Part shown: piece after piece, positions 28,605-39,004 of the stretch
How positions within the stretch are numbered: position 1 is the first letter of the stretch
Layout: each line of letters opens with the position of its first letter
NCBI GenBank assembly: GCA_040006935.1
Contig: JBDTVZ010000001.1
Coordinates: forward strand, 423,772-487,771
Length of the DNA stretch: 64,000 nt
Reading direction: 5' to 3'
Source of the DNA: Candidatus Dojkabacteria bacterium
Lineage (GTDB): Bacteria > Patescibacteriota > Dojkabacteria > J137
Position numbers and translations under genes: made by a program
Notes under the pieces: generated by a model
Databases searched by the model: none
What the model saw: only the letters and a program-made list of their open reading frames with translations
What the model was told of the DNA's origin: nothing

Positions 28605-29190
28605 AATCTTTTCTTATAAAATAATTTGGATTATATCACGAACCACTACTTTGCCTTAACCGGCTTGTTTTCAGGGCAGAGGAGGTCAATATTGCTTATA
28701 GGTGAGTGTTTAGACTATATGTAAATTCGCGAAAAGTGATAATTTTAATAAAAATGAAAATTCCTATAAGAGCGATAGATTTAATTATAAACAATACTTA
28801 CAAAATAATAAAAGTATTATAGAACTTTAAAAGAATAGAGTGATAAAGCGTTTGGAGGAGGTTAGAAAAGAGTTGATCTTACTGAGTATAATGTACCTTA
28901 TGTTTAGTAAGACTACGAATTGTCCACAAGAAAGTCTTTTACAAACAAACTTTTAACTTCCTTAAGCCTTTCACTTAATAGTTACATTTATTCTCTAATT
29001 CTCTGTTTTAAAGAATTATTAAGAATAATAAATTTAAATTTTGGAAATTTTAGAAAAGATAGAACAGAGCACTCCACTACTCTAATTTTTAAGATACTGT
29101 AAAATAAGAAATGTGCTAAATGAAGAAAGATCCAATAATGTCCGAATTTGCTGATGTCCGAATAGATCACCCGGAGTTATTTATAGAGAA

Positions 29191-30186
29191 TCACTCTGCC
29201 CTAAGTGTTATTTCTTCTAACCTTTCTAAAAACTCTGGAATACCTATTCTTTTATTTGGATCAACTTGAAGAATTTGTCTAAACAATATCTTGAGCTCAT
29301 CTTTTTGTTTAAGTGCAAAGGGACTTCTATCTACTAATAATTCCAATCTCTCGTAGCCAGGATTATCTTTGTCATTGAAATCAATGTTCACTATAAAACT
29401 TAAATATAACTCCTGATTAGAGAAGTTATCTTTTCTAATCAGCATGTCTTTAAAAATTAAACCAAATGCAATTAACCCAAAAGAATAAACCTCACTCTTA
29501 TAGAAGTCAATAATTGGCTCTTCCTGTATTCGTTCTGGTGATATGATATTAGGAGTAGAAGGATAATCTTCACCCGGGTTTTTAGAATAATCAATGTCTT
29601 CTCTGCTGAGATCTACCATTGTATCAACGTCTAAAAACAAAGGTTTGTTATGCTCAACAATGATATTCTTCAGCTTTAAGTCAAAATGGTATTTTCTATT
29701 TTTTGCCATTTTAAGTATTTTACGACCAAGAAGCCCAAGATATTCTACCCTATCCTTTAAGCTCCATTTTATGTCAGAAATTTTATTATCTAAAGTATCA
29801 GAAAGGATGCCAAGGAAGGGTTTAATAGTCCCGTAAAAATACATTACAACAAAATTAGAATTTCCACTCTCAAAACTATCCATTACTCTTACATCTCCAT
29901 ATAAATCCTCTTGCCTAGCTATTTGTTTGATAAGCCTTTCGGTTTCTTTCCTTGCTTCATCATTCTCGTATTTATATTCTTTAACCATGAAGTTGTTCTG
30001 AAGTTTTTTATCCTCAACAAACCAGATTGTGGTTCTTATACCATTTATAGAATGATCACTTTCCTTAATTTTCTTCTTAACAAGGTATCTTTCTTCAAGT
30101 AAATCTCCTACTTGAATCTCGTCCTGCTGGATATCTGATCGCGCTGGCCTATCTTCTATTGAGGACGTTTTTGATGTGTCTGCCAT
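29191..30186 (-). CDS. atypical Hanks-type Ser/Thr protein kinase-like protein
   Basis: 331 aa; catalytic-loop HFDLKLKNII, DVD in place of DFG, SPE (APE-like), DxYSFG; no canonical Gly-rich loop. Confidence 0.55.
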   Translation of the reverse strand: MADTSKTSSIEDRPARSDIQQDEIQVGDLLEERYLVKKKIKESDHSINGIRTTIWFVEDKKLQNNFMVKEYKYENDEARKETERLIKQIARQEDLYGDVRVMDSFESGNSNFVVMYFYGTIKPFLGILSDTLDNKISDIKWSLKDRVEYLGLLGRKILKMAKNRKYHFDLKLKNIIVEHNKPLFLDVDTMVDLSREDIDYSKNPGEDYPSTPNIISPERIQEEPIIDFYKSEVYSFGLIAFGLIFKDMLIRKDNFSNQELYLSFIVNIDFNDKDNPGYERLELLVDRSPFALKQKDELKILFRQILQVDPNKRIGIPEFLERLEEITLRAE

Positions 30187-30197
30187 ATTTTTTTATC

Positions 30198-31346
30198 TTA
30201 AATTATAGTCCCATTAATACCCCAAACGGAGTTTGTAAACAATAGAATTACTATTAATGCTGCAAGGAATATATATTCAAACCAAATATTTTTACCTAAC
30301 TTTGGTCTATTTTCTAATGCGATATTAAGTAGAATATAATAAATTACCGCCGCAGCTAATATCGAATATGCGCTTTGTATGGGCCAGATTGAAAGGACTA
30401 CAATTGCTAAAGCCATAACCAATGTTACTCCAATGGCCTTAAGAAAAATTTGGCTTGTGCTTAGTCCCTTTAAAAACCAGATTCCTGAGTAAGAGAAGTA
30501 CATTATAAAAGGGATAATAAACAAAAGTCTAAGAGCAATTTGTAAGTTAGCACCCAAGATAAATACCATCATTAAGTACGTTGAAATCAAGGAGAATATG
30601 AACTGCGTTGCTTTTGCTGCCTGTTCTAAAGGTAAAGTTATTTGCAAAGAACCGTTTAATATATTTGCAGTTAGGATTAATAGATAAATCAGTATCCCAT
30701 ACCCAAAAGATAAGCCCGCTGCGAAAATTATTTTATTAAATACACTATTGATTGTTAATAATATTGAGAGAGTTAGTATTAAATATGGCAATATTGCAAT
30801 GCTTGGATATAAACCAATAGTAATAACTGCGGTTTTCTTAACATTGAAGAACAATACCCAGAGATTTAATACAAAAAGGATGGAAATTATTAAGAAACTG
30901 TTAGACAAAATATAGGATATATTATCGTCGTGTGCTGGGATTTTGTTTTCAGTAAAGGATGATATCTTCTCACTCGCTCTTGCTTTAAAGGACACCCTGC
31001 TCGACTCTATATTTACTAGATCTCGTGCGACTACTGAGACATTATAATCTTTATCATTATCTATATTAGATATTAACGCTGTACTCTGTGTTTTATCTAC
31101 TTCTATAGGATCTTGTCCATCAACATAAACTATATATTTATTAACATCATCCTCTTTATTTAAATCCCAAGTTAAAGAGATTTCTTTATTTTTTTGCATC
31201 ACAATAATATTCTCGACTTTACTTGGAGGCGTAACTAACTCATATACATAACGATAAATAGGACTGACTATTAGAAAAAGTAATACGGAAGTACCTATAG
31301 TGGTTACAATCGCTCTTCCTCTAGTTCCAAGTTTTCTAAAAAACAT
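30198..31346 (-). CDS. polytopic membrane protein with N-terminal extracytoplasmic FN3-like domain
   Basis: 382 aa; signal-anchor, ~100-aa beta domain (LTWDLNKEDDVNKYIVYVDGQ), then ~8 TM helices; 12 nt upstream of kinase gene. Confidence 0.5.
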   Translation of the reverse strand: MFFRKLGTRGRAIVTTIGTSVLLFLIVSPIYRYVYELVTPPSKVENIIVMQKNKEISLTWDLNKEDDVNKYIVYVDGQDPIEVDKTQSTALISNIDNDKDYNVSVVARDLVNIESSRVSFKARASEKISSFTENKIPAHDDNISYILSNSFLIISILFVLNLWVLFFNVKKTAVITIGLYPSIAILPYLILTLSILLTINSVFNKIIFAAGLSFGYGILIYLLILTANILNGSLQITLPLEQAAKATQFIFSLISTYLMMVFILGANLQIALRLLFIIPFIMYFSYSGIWFLKGLSTSQIFLKAIGVTLVMALAIVVLSIWPIQSAYSILAAAVIYYILLNIALENRPKLGKNIWFEYIFLAALIVILLFTNSVWGINGTII

Positions 31347-31406
31347 ATTTATTTAATTAACTTATCAATTTTATAAAAACAACATCATAAAGTCCATCAG
31401 AAGATT

Positions 31407-32420
31407 TTACTCATCAGTGCTTACGAAGTTAAATAGCTTCATCCCTTTGTCTGTTACTACTCTACCTCTTGGGGTTCTTTTTAGAAACCCCTTTTTTATT
31501 AAAAATGGTTCGTAAACACTTTCTATTGTATCTGTTTCCTCGGAAAGTGATACAGATAAAGTTGAAAGTCCTACTGGCTTATTTCCAAAATCAAACAAAA
31601 TTATTTTTATTAAATTCCTATCTAAGTTATCTAAACCATCTTCATCTACTTCCAATAACTCTAAGGTTTCCCTTACTATATCTTTTTCTACTCTATCCAT
31701 TCCTTTAACAATAGCCATATCTCTTACTCTTTTTAATATTCTAATTGCAATCCTAGCAGTCATTCTTGCTCTTCTTGCAATTTCTTCTGCAGCATCAGAA
31801 TTTATCTTTACACCTAATTTACCAGCTTTTTGTATTACTAGATTTGTTAATTCCTCATTACTATAGAAGTCTAATCTAAAACTCATCCCAAACCTATCTC
31901 TTAGTGGCGCACTTAGCATAGATAATTTTGTAGTTGCACCAATTACTGTAAATTCTGGTAAATCTATTCTCAAAGTTTTCGCATTTGGTCCTTTACCAAT
32001 AATAATATCTAAAACTTTGTCTTCCATTGCAGGGTAAAGAACTTCCTCTATTTGAGTTTTAAGCCTGTGAATTTCATCGATAAATAAAATTGAATTTGGC
32101 TCTAAAGATGTAAGTATTGCTGCTAAATCCCCTACTTTATCCAATACAGAACCATTTGTAGAGTATATTTGCGTGCCCATCTCCTTGGCAATAACGTAGG
32201 CAAAACTAGTTTTACCAAGACCTGGGGGGCCATGAAATAGTATATGGTCTAGCGATTTCTTTCTCATTCGTGCTGATTCAATCATTAGATTCAAGCTCTT
32301 CTTTTCCAAATCTCTACCTATAATTTCATTAAAGTTCGAAGGTCTCAAAGAGGTTTCCAGGATCTCTTCACTCTCATTAACTGGCTTTGTTGATGTAATT
32401 AGGCTTTTGGTATCACTCAT
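31407..32420 (-). CDS. ruvB: Holliday junction helicase RuvB
   Basis: AAA+ motifs GPPGLGKTS, DEIHRL; ruvA-ruvB order. Confidence 0.95.
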   Translation of the reverse strand: MSDTKSLITSTKPVNESEEILETSLRPSNFNEIIGRDLEKKSLNLMIESARMRKKSLDHILFHGPPGLGKTSFAYVIAKEMGTQIYSTNGSVLDKVGDLAAILTSLEPNSILFIDEIHRLKTQIEEVLYPAMEDKVLDIIIGKGPNAKTLRIDLPEFTVIGATTKLSMLSAPLRDRFGMSFRLDFYSNEELTNLVIQKAGKLGVKINSDAAEEIARRARMTARIAIRILKRVRDMAIVKGMDRVEKDIVRETLELLEVDEDGLDNLDRNLIKIILFDFGNKPVGLSTLSVSLSEETDTIESVYEPFLIKKGFLKRTPRGRVVTDKGMKLFNFVSTDE

Positions 32421-33013
32421 TATATTTGTTTAAGAACTTTCTTTATAATATCTTGTGTTGAGTCCAATTCGGACATGTCCGAATGTTTTATTGCCTCCAC
32501 AGCATCTTGTTCTCTATAGCCAAGAGCAACTAATGCTGCGATCGCTTCCTTTGTATTCTGATTCATATTTACAACTTTAGCTGACGAAGAAGATTCTAAC
32601 ATTTTAAACTTATCGTTTATTTTATTTTTTAATTCAATTATTATCTTCTCTGCTGTTTTGAGCCCAACGCCCGTCACTTTCAATTTAGATGGATCACCCA
32701 TATTAATTGAACTCACAATTTGCTCTATTCCAATTTCAAAAACCATATTTTGTGCTGTTCGTGGGCCTACTCCGGATACATCTAAGAGTGTATTGAACAT
32801 TTTTTGAGAATTAGAGTCTAGAAAACCCCAAAGACTAATATCATTTTCTCTTACTATCATTTGTGTAAAGACTTCAATTTCTTGACCTTCAGTTAGGATT
32901 ACACTACTTATCTTGTTTAAGGGCAGATTTATTAAGTAGCCTATATTATCATTTAGAACTGAAATTGAATTCTCGTTTATCGTAAGAATCTTTCCTTTTA
33001 TATAAGAGATCAT
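32420..33013 (-). CDS. ruvA: Holliday junction DNA-binding protein RuvA
   Basis: 197 aa; HhH motifs (LLDVSGVGPRTAQN, VTGVGLKTAEKI). Confidence 0.9.
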   Translation of the reverse strand: MISYIKGKILTINENSISVLNDNIGYLINLPLNKISSVILTEGQEIEVFTQMIVRENDISLWGFLDSNSQKMFNTLLDVSGVGPRTAQNMVFEIGIEQIVSSINMGDPSKLKVTGVGLKTAEKIIIELKNKINDKFKMLESSSSAKVVNMNQNTKEAIAALVALGYREQDAVEAIKHSDMSELDSTQDIIKKVLKQI

Positions 33014-33029
33014 TGTAAATTAATAAAAG

Positions 33030-33527
33030 CTACTTACTTAATTTTAACTCATTATAGTGAATACTGTTTAAATGGCATACAGCTATTGCTACAGCATCCG
33101 CTGCATCATCAGGCTTTGGAACTTCTTTTAATTTAAATATAAGTTTTACCATCTTCTGAACTTGAGCTTTCTCTGCTCTACCATAACCTGTTACTGCAGT
33201 TTTTACTTGTAGTGGTGTATAGTTATAAACTGGTAAATTATTCTTATTTCCTGCTAGAAGTATAACTCCTCTAACCATTCCAACTTTAATTATCGTCTTT
33301 TCATTTTTAAAGAAGAAAAGATCCTCTACACTCATGCAATCTGGTGAAAAAAGAGCTATAAGCTCATTTAAAGCCTCATAAACCTGCTTTAACCTATATG
33401 AGATCTCTTCCGTACTTTTTGTTGTTATAACTCCACAATCAATTAACTTTAATTCACCTATAGTTGTTTTTTCAACTATAGACCAGCCGCAAATTGCAAA
33501 ACCTACATCAATACCTATTACTATCAT
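33030..33527 (-). CDS. ruvC: Holliday junction resolvase RuvC
   Basis: 165 aa; MIVIGIDVG N-terminus and catalytic acidic residues. Confidence 0.9.
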   Translation of the reverse strand: MIVIGIDVGFAICGWSIVEKTTIGELKLIDCGVITTKSTEEISYRLKQVYEALNELIALFSPDCMSVEDLFFFKNEKTIIKVGMVRGVILLAGNKNNLPVYNYTPLQVKTAVTGYGRAEKAQVQKMVKLIFKLKEVPKPDDAADAVAIAVCHLNSIHYNELKLSK

Positions 33528-33543
33528 TATGATGATTTAAGAT

Positions 33544-34296
33544 TTATTGGATGTTAGTCCAGACATTAGTAACTTCAGATACTTCTTCTATTTTCTCGAT
33601 CAAACTCTCTGCTCTGCTTAAATCTTCTTCCCTTAATTCTAATAAATTCTTAGTTTGCATTATAAGCTTCGCTTCCATAATCTTAGCATTCATGTTCGAT
33701 GCAACCTCAACAATCTTACTATAGGCATCTCTAAATAAATTTTTATCTATTATTAATACTACAGAGGCAGTATCCTCTGTTTGTTCGGATTCGATATCCT
33801 CAATGCCTTGAATATCAAGTAGGTTCTCTTCGAGAGTTTGAATTTTGGTAGAGTCACCTTCAATATTTATAAAACCAACTTCAGAAAACTGCCAAGATAT
33901 AGAGCCTTCATTTGCCATCTTTCCACCGTTTTTATTAATTATTGTTTTGATATCTGTTAACGTTCGATTGGAATTATCACTTTCAGTATCTATTAGAATG
34001 CTAAAACCACCTGGTCCATAAGCCTCGTATGTATTTTCAGAAATAACGTCATCTCCTGACGAAGTTCCTCCTAAACCTCTTTTTACTGCACGCTCTATTC
34101 TATCATTTGTCATATTTGCCTCTTTTGCTTTAGAAATAGCAAGCCTAAGCATTGGATTAAAATTTGGATCCGAAGATCCACCAACTTTCACGGAGGTAAT
34201 GATGTCTTTAGATATCTTAGAAAGCAATGCTCCCTTTTTGGCATCCACAAGACCTTTTGTATGTTTTAACTTTGCCCATTTTGAATGGCCAGCCAT
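33544..34296 (-). CDS. yebC: YebC/PmpR family DNA-binding transcriptional regulator
   Basis: MAGHSKWAKLKH N-terminus hallmark; start moved to ATG 34296 (ORF-track TTG at 34302). Confidence 0.85.
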   Translation of the reverse strand: MAGHSKWAKLKHTKGLVDAKKGALLSKISKDIITSVKVGGSSDPNFNPMLRLAISKAKEANMTNDRIERAVKRGLGGTSSGDDVISENTYEAYGPGGFSILIDTESDNSNRTLTDIKTIINKNGGKMANEGSISWQFSEVGFINIEGDSTKIQTLEENLLDIQGIEDIESEQTEDTASVVLIIDKNLFRDAYSKIVEVASNMNAKIMEAKLIMQTKNLLELREEDLSRAESLIEKIEEVSEVTNVWTNIQ

Positions 34297-34421
34297 AATC
34301 AATTAGAAATTAAAAGTTATCAATTAAAAGATCCTTCGGCAAGCTCAGATGACAATTTGCCATGGTAAGCTTGTCTTGTCGGTCGCAGACATTTACGACA
34401 GGCAGGTCGAATCATAATCGA

Positions 34422-35780
34422 TTAAATATCCACGGAATCCTTACCCATGACCAATATTAGATCTCCTGAGTAATTATATTTATAATCCTCAAATGTGATT
34501 TTAACATTGCCTCTCAAAATTTTCTGAATCATAATAATATTATTTTTATATAAATCCACGTTTTTTGATGGCACATAAAGCAGAGTTGTTTGAACATCAC
34601 TTAAAGGATAGTTACCAAATTTAACAACATTTGCCCCAAGGTTCTGGAAAAATCTTCTTCGATTTCCTGCTAGTCCAGGTTGATCTGTTGCATTATAAAC
34701 TTCAATTGCTGCCTGCTCTTTCATAATATCTATATCTCGATAATATGCGCTTATATTCTCATCCATAAGGTTAAAGTCAGGATCCACACTTTTATCTAAT
34801 GGGTCGCCCTGATGCGTTCCATATTTATCGGATAGGAATCTACTATTTGAAAACACTATCTCGCTTGCATCTAAGTTGGATAGAAACCCTATGTACTCTT
34901 CTCTAGTTAAGTTGGTATTAAAAATATTACTAAAATCTTTAAAAGAAATTAAATTTCTAATATTTTTAATAGGTCCTTTTATTCCCTCCAAAAATGACTT
35001 TTGGAAATTTATTTGTCTTATAGTAATTACATCTCTGTCCTGAGTTTTATCAAAAAGGTAGTTAAAAAGATCATCACCTGCGAGTATATCTCCTTGTGTA
35101 AAAAGCCTACCATCGATAGAAAATGTATCCCGGGCTACATCAGTTATTTTATTATCATTAATATAGTTTTTGAGATTATCAGTATCGAATGCAACGTACC
35201 TATCGAGTCGAAGACCAAGATATTTTTGAATTTCTGTAATTACAGAATCAATCTTTGGGATACTATCATCTGTTTGAATATTGTTCCAAATACTTTCTAT
35301 CGTTACTTCCTCACCATCAAGTTCCAATTTGAAATTCGGACTTATTCCATATACTTTGACAAGCGAATTTTTAGAATCCACAGAAACGATATTTAAATAT
35401 TTTACATATTTATATGAATTGAGCCTACTCTCGAAACCTATATACGCTATGTTTATTGAAGAGTCAAATACTCTCTTTCTATAATTATCCGAACCCACAG
35501 TTAAGTAACCTTTTGGACTTATTGCAAAGTAAACTGTAAAGCTATAAATAATTAGGATTACTAATAGTAGAATGAATGTTGGAATTAGTAAGCCTCGAGT
35601 ATTTTTTGGAAGAGTTATTTTTGGTATTTTAAGTTTTCCTGTTGGTAATTCTTTTTTTTGAGTTGATCGGATTGAACGTAAGGACTTAACTATAGCGTTG
35701 GAAATTTTAGTATTTCTAAAATAAAAAAATATTTTATTTAGAATACTATTATTTTTTAAATTCGATTTATGTTTAGTCAC
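34422..35780 (-). CDS. membrane-anchored extracytoplasmic protein, possible LytR-CpsA-Psr (LCP) family
   Basis: 452 aa; N-terminal TM then large extracytoplasmic domain; LCP assignment by weak pattern only; GTG start. Confidence 0.35.
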   Translation of the reverse strand: MTKHKSNLKNNSILNKIFFYFRNTKISNAIVKSLRSIRSTQKKELPTGKLKIPKITLPKNTRGLLIPTFILLLVILIIYSFTVYFAISPKGYLTVGSDNYRKRVFDSSINIAYIGFESRLNSYKYVKYLNIVSVDSKNSLVKVYGISPNFKLELDGEEVTIESIWNNIQTDDSIPKIDSVITEIQKYLGLRLDRYVAFDTDNLKNYINDNKITDVARDTFSIDGRLFTQGDILAGDDLFNYLFDKTQDRDVITIRQINFQKSFLEGIKGPIKNIRNLISFKDFSNIFNTNLTREEYIGFLSNLDASEIVFSNSRFLSDKYGTHQGDPLDKSVDPDFNLMDENISAYYRDIDIMKEQAAIEVYNATDQPGLAGNRRRFFQNLGANVVKFGNYPLSDVQTTLLYVPSKNVDLYKNNIIMIQKILRGNVKITFEDYKYNYSGDLILVMGKDSVDI

Positions 35781-35867
35781 TAAAGCAACTTAAAATTAAG
35801 GCGTATATTTATTATACGCCAATAGATGTGGAATGATAATTATAAACGGTGAGATTTAGCTGAAAGT

Positions 35868-36683
35868 TCAACCTTCTGTTCCTTTTTCTTCTATTGTTTT
35901 ATCATCTGAAGCAGATTCATTTACAGTAACCTCTTCTTTTTCAATTGAAGATTCATTTTTTTTCTCTACTGGAGTAGATTCAGCGGGAACTTCTTCTCTA
36001 TTCTCTTTTCTTTTTTCTTCACTACCTTCATTTTTTTCAGCCACAGGCTGATCCGCCTTGGGCAGAAGTTCTTTAATTTCTTCATTCTTTTTTCCTTCTT
36101 TCTTTCTAGAAAATTTTTTCATGGATAAAGTTACTTTAGTTTTTGCTCCATTAATCTTATTTTTAGCTGCACTTTTTACATTTCCAAATTTACTGCCAAT
36201 ACTGGGTTTAACTTCTTTTACTTCAACAACTTCTGCTAATTTTACTTCTGGAGTTTTTTCTTTTACGACCATATTCTCATCATTAGATTTCCAATCTAGA
36301 TCGATATTTAAGTTTGAATCTTTTTCTGCTTTTGGATTTGCTACTTTAAGTTGAAGTGATATTTTAAAACCGTCTTCTCCAATAAAATTTACTATAGGGA
36401 CATTTACACCACCTAAATCCTGTGTACTATCTTCTGAATGCATAAAGAATACATGTTCATCCTCAACTTCTGGCCTGATAATTATGTAGAAAAGTAATGC
36501 AGGGAAATTCAATATGAAGACCAATAGAAAGAATATTATGCCTAACTGCTTGCTCTTGTATCTTTTTCTAGCATCCATGTATACCCATAAACAAATTAAT
36601 ACCCAAAGTGTTGCTAAATATAATCCAACAAAAAGAAGAATTTTTTGGAAGTCGATAGCAAGAACGGTGTTTAGAATATCCAT
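35868..36683 (-). CDS. membrane protein with K/E-rich cytoplasmic tail
   Basis: 271 aa; two N-terminal TM helices then highly charged low-complexity C-terminus. Confidence 0.45.
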   Translation of the reverse strand: MDILNTVLAIDFQKILLFVGLYLATLWVLICLWVYMDARKRYKSKQLGIIFFLLVFILNFPALLFYIIIRPEVEDEHVFFMHSEDSTQDLGGVNVPIVNFIGEDGFKISLQLKVANPKAEKDSNLNIDLDWKSNDENMVVKEKTPEVKLAEVVEVKEVKPSIGSKFGNVKSAAKNKINGAKTKVTLSMKKFSRKKEGKKNEEIKELLPKADQPVAEKNEGSEEKRKENREEVPAESTPVEKKNESSIEKEEVTVNESASDDKTIEEKGTEG

Positions 36684-36880
36684 GATTTAGAAATTGAGAA
36701 ATAATGTATAAATTAGCTAGAGAATTGTAACAGGTTTGTATGGATTTTTGTATATACTATTTCGGAGAAAATTTAAAGTTAATGATTACTTAATTAAGTA
36801 AACTTTTTGATTTGTCAAATCCACTTGACTTAAGAATTTTAAGTATTAAAATCGTGTTAAATATTTTTTAGTTCAAATTT

Positions 36881-37357
36881 ATGAATATGCCTGATTTTGG
36901 AATGGATGATATACCTCAAATTTTAAAACCTAGTCACGGGTCTCACACACTAGCTGAGGTTTTAGGAGTAGAAGAATATACACAGATAGGAAAAACTGAA
37001 CAAGGCAATTTTGACCCTGCTTTACGTTCCTTTTTTTCAACTTTGATCACAAATGAGAATGCTTCTGAGAGTGAAAAAGCATATGGAATAGTACTTCAAT
37101 CATTTATGGATAATTTACCTATGATAACAGTCTCTACTTTACAAGAATATATCCAAGGAATGATTACCGATGATTCATCAAAAGGTAAATTCACGCGTGC
37201 AAGAGAAGTTATAAGAACTATATTATTAGAAAGAAACTTTGATTTTCCCAGAGTTGTAAAAACACCTTTTGGAGCAGAAATGCCAGATTTAAAAAATGAC
37301 ACTTTGATATCTCTTTTTAAAGAACTGTCTATTGCTCTAGGAGGAATAAATCGTTAG
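36881..37357 (+). CDS. hypothetical protein
   Basis: 158 aa ORF; TTGACT-16-TAAAAT promoter-like sequence at 36825..36852. Confidence 0.45.
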   Translation: MNMPDFGMDDIPQILKPSHGSHTLAEVLGVEEYTQIGKTEQGNFDPALRSFFSTLITNENASESEKAYGIVLQSFMDNLPMITVSTLQEYIQGMITDDSSKGKFTRAREVIRTILLERNFDFPRVVKTPFGAEMPDLKNDTLISLFKELSIALGGINR

Positions 37358-37459
37358 ATAATCAAATAGGAGGACTCCATTCTAGAAATGCCTTCACATC
37401 TTTGATTATAATAAATACCGAAAGTGGGACTTCCCTTTAGTGTTAATTTAGTTTCAACA

Positions 37460-37544
37460 TACCGAGGGAGGGACTCGAACCCTCACGAAGTTTGATCTTC
37501 ACCAGATTTTGAGTCTGACGTGTCTACCATTCCACCACCCCGGC
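37460..37544 (-). tRNA. tRNA-Leu (anticodon CAA), class II
   Basis: Manual cloverleaf: acceptor gccgggg/cctcggt, anticodon loop cuCAAaa, long variable arm (gaag/cttc stem), T-arm gaggg-ttcgagt-ccctc. Confidence 0.75.
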
Positions 37545-37660
37545 ATTTTTATCTTCCACATAACCTTCCCCTTAATTCTTACACTTTGCTTTCCAACTCT
37601 CCTGAAATCGACAATTATAAATTAAGAATTAAAAGAAGAATAGCAACTTGAGATTCTCTC

Positions 37661-38995
37661 TTAATTATCTTGCTCCACATCATAATACTTCTGCTTTGCA
37701 CCAACGAATTTTAACTTAAATCTTCCCGTTGGTCCATTTCTATGTTTCGCAATAAATATATCCACTTTGAATTCTGCTTCATGTTCTGTTACCTCTTCAT
37801 TTAATTCTCTTGCTAAGAATATTACTAAATCTGCGTCCTGCTCAATGCTTCCGGATTCCCTAAGGTCTGATAATTGTGGGATTTTATCCTGCCTGTTTTC
37901 CACTGCTCTATTTAATTGAGATAATGCAATGATTGGAATGTTCAACTCTCTCGCTAGTATCTTCAAAGATCTTGAGATCTCACCCACTTCCTGTGCTCTA
38001 TTATCTGAGCTTATTTTTCCTGTTCCTTGCATTAGCTGAAGATAGTCAATGATAATAAGGTTCAAATCATGCTCCATCATCAATTTTCTTGCTTTGCTTC
38101 TAAGCTGTATAATATTAATTCCTGGAGTATCATCAATAAATATTTTCGCATCTGCTAATTTTCCTGCTCCTTCTGAGTATCTTTTAAAATCGTCATCACT
38201 CATTTTTCCCATTCTTAAGTTCCAAAGATTCACTTGGATCTGTTGGGCTAGCATTCTCTCTATTACTTGGATCGCAGGCATTTCTAGTGAAAATATTGCA
38301 ATAGTCTTTTTTTCATGTACTGCTATATGCCTTGCTATATCAAAACTGAAAGCAGATTTACCAACACTTGGCCTAGCAGCAAGAATAATTAAATCAGAAT
38401 TTTGAAGCCCACCTAACATTTTATCCACTGCATTTAATCCAGTGGACATACCTCGCAATGCATCTGGGTTTTTAGCAAATTCATCTGCCCTCTTCATTTG
38501 CATTTCTAAAAGCGTTGCAGAATCCAGAAAGTCTGTTTTTGCATTATCTTTGGAAATACTTAAAACATTCTTTTCTATTGAATCAAGAACATCATCGATT
38601 TCATTTGTTGCGTCTCTCGAAAGTTTTTCTAATTCTCCACTATAAGTTATCAAATGCCTTCGGACTGCAGTTTCTTTAACTATTCTTGCATACTCTTCAA
38701 CGTTTGCAGCAGTAGGGATTGTTGAGACGATTTCAGATATGTACTCTGTTCCACCAGCTTGCCTAACTTTATTCATTTTCGAAAGCTCTGCGTTTACAGT
38801 AATTACATCGATTGGTCTGGCTTTAACGTTCAGTTTTATAATTACTTCGAAGAGCATTTGATGCCTTGGGTCGTAGAAGTGTTCCGGACGAACAATTTCC
38901 AAAATTTTGTTAATTGCCTCCGTGTCTATTAGAACAGAAGCTATAACAGCTTTTTCCGCATCTAAATTTTGTGGAGGGATTCTTAGATTGTCCAT
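37661..38995 (-). CDS. dnaB: replicative DNA helicase DnaB
   Basis: 444 aa; Walker A GARPSVGKSAF, RecA-like fold motifs, N-terminal DnaB domain. Confidence 0.95.
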   Translation of the reverse strand: MDNLRIPPQNLDAEKAVIASVLIDTEAINKILEIVRPEHFYDPRHQMLFEVIIKLNVKARPIDVITVNAELSKMNKVRQAGGTEYISEIVSTIPTAANVEEYARIVKETAVRRHLITYSGELEKLSRDATNEIDDVLDSIEKNVLSISKDNAKTDFLDSATLLEMQMKRADEFAKNPDALRGMSTGLNAVDKMLGGLQNSDLIILAARPSVGKSAFSFDIARHIAVHEKKTIAIFSLEMPAIQVIERMLAQQIQVNLWNLRMGKMSDDDFKRYSEGAGKLADAKIFIDDTPGINIIQLRSKARKLMMEHDLNLIIIDYLQLMQGTGKISSDNRAQEVGEISRSLKILARELNIPIIALSQLNRAVENRQDKIPQLSDLRESGSIEQDADLVIFLARELNEEVTEHEAEFKVDIFIAKHRNGPTGRFKLKFVGAKQKYYDVEQDN

Positions 38996-39004
38996 CTAAT
39001 TAAT

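Noticed and set aside
32473-32490. 18-bp perfect palindrome attcggacatgtccgaat as a regulatory site
   Set aside because: It lies inside the ruvA coding region (…KHSDMSELDS…). It could be coincidence shaped by codon constraints, so it is reported only as part of the decamer observation, not as a feature.
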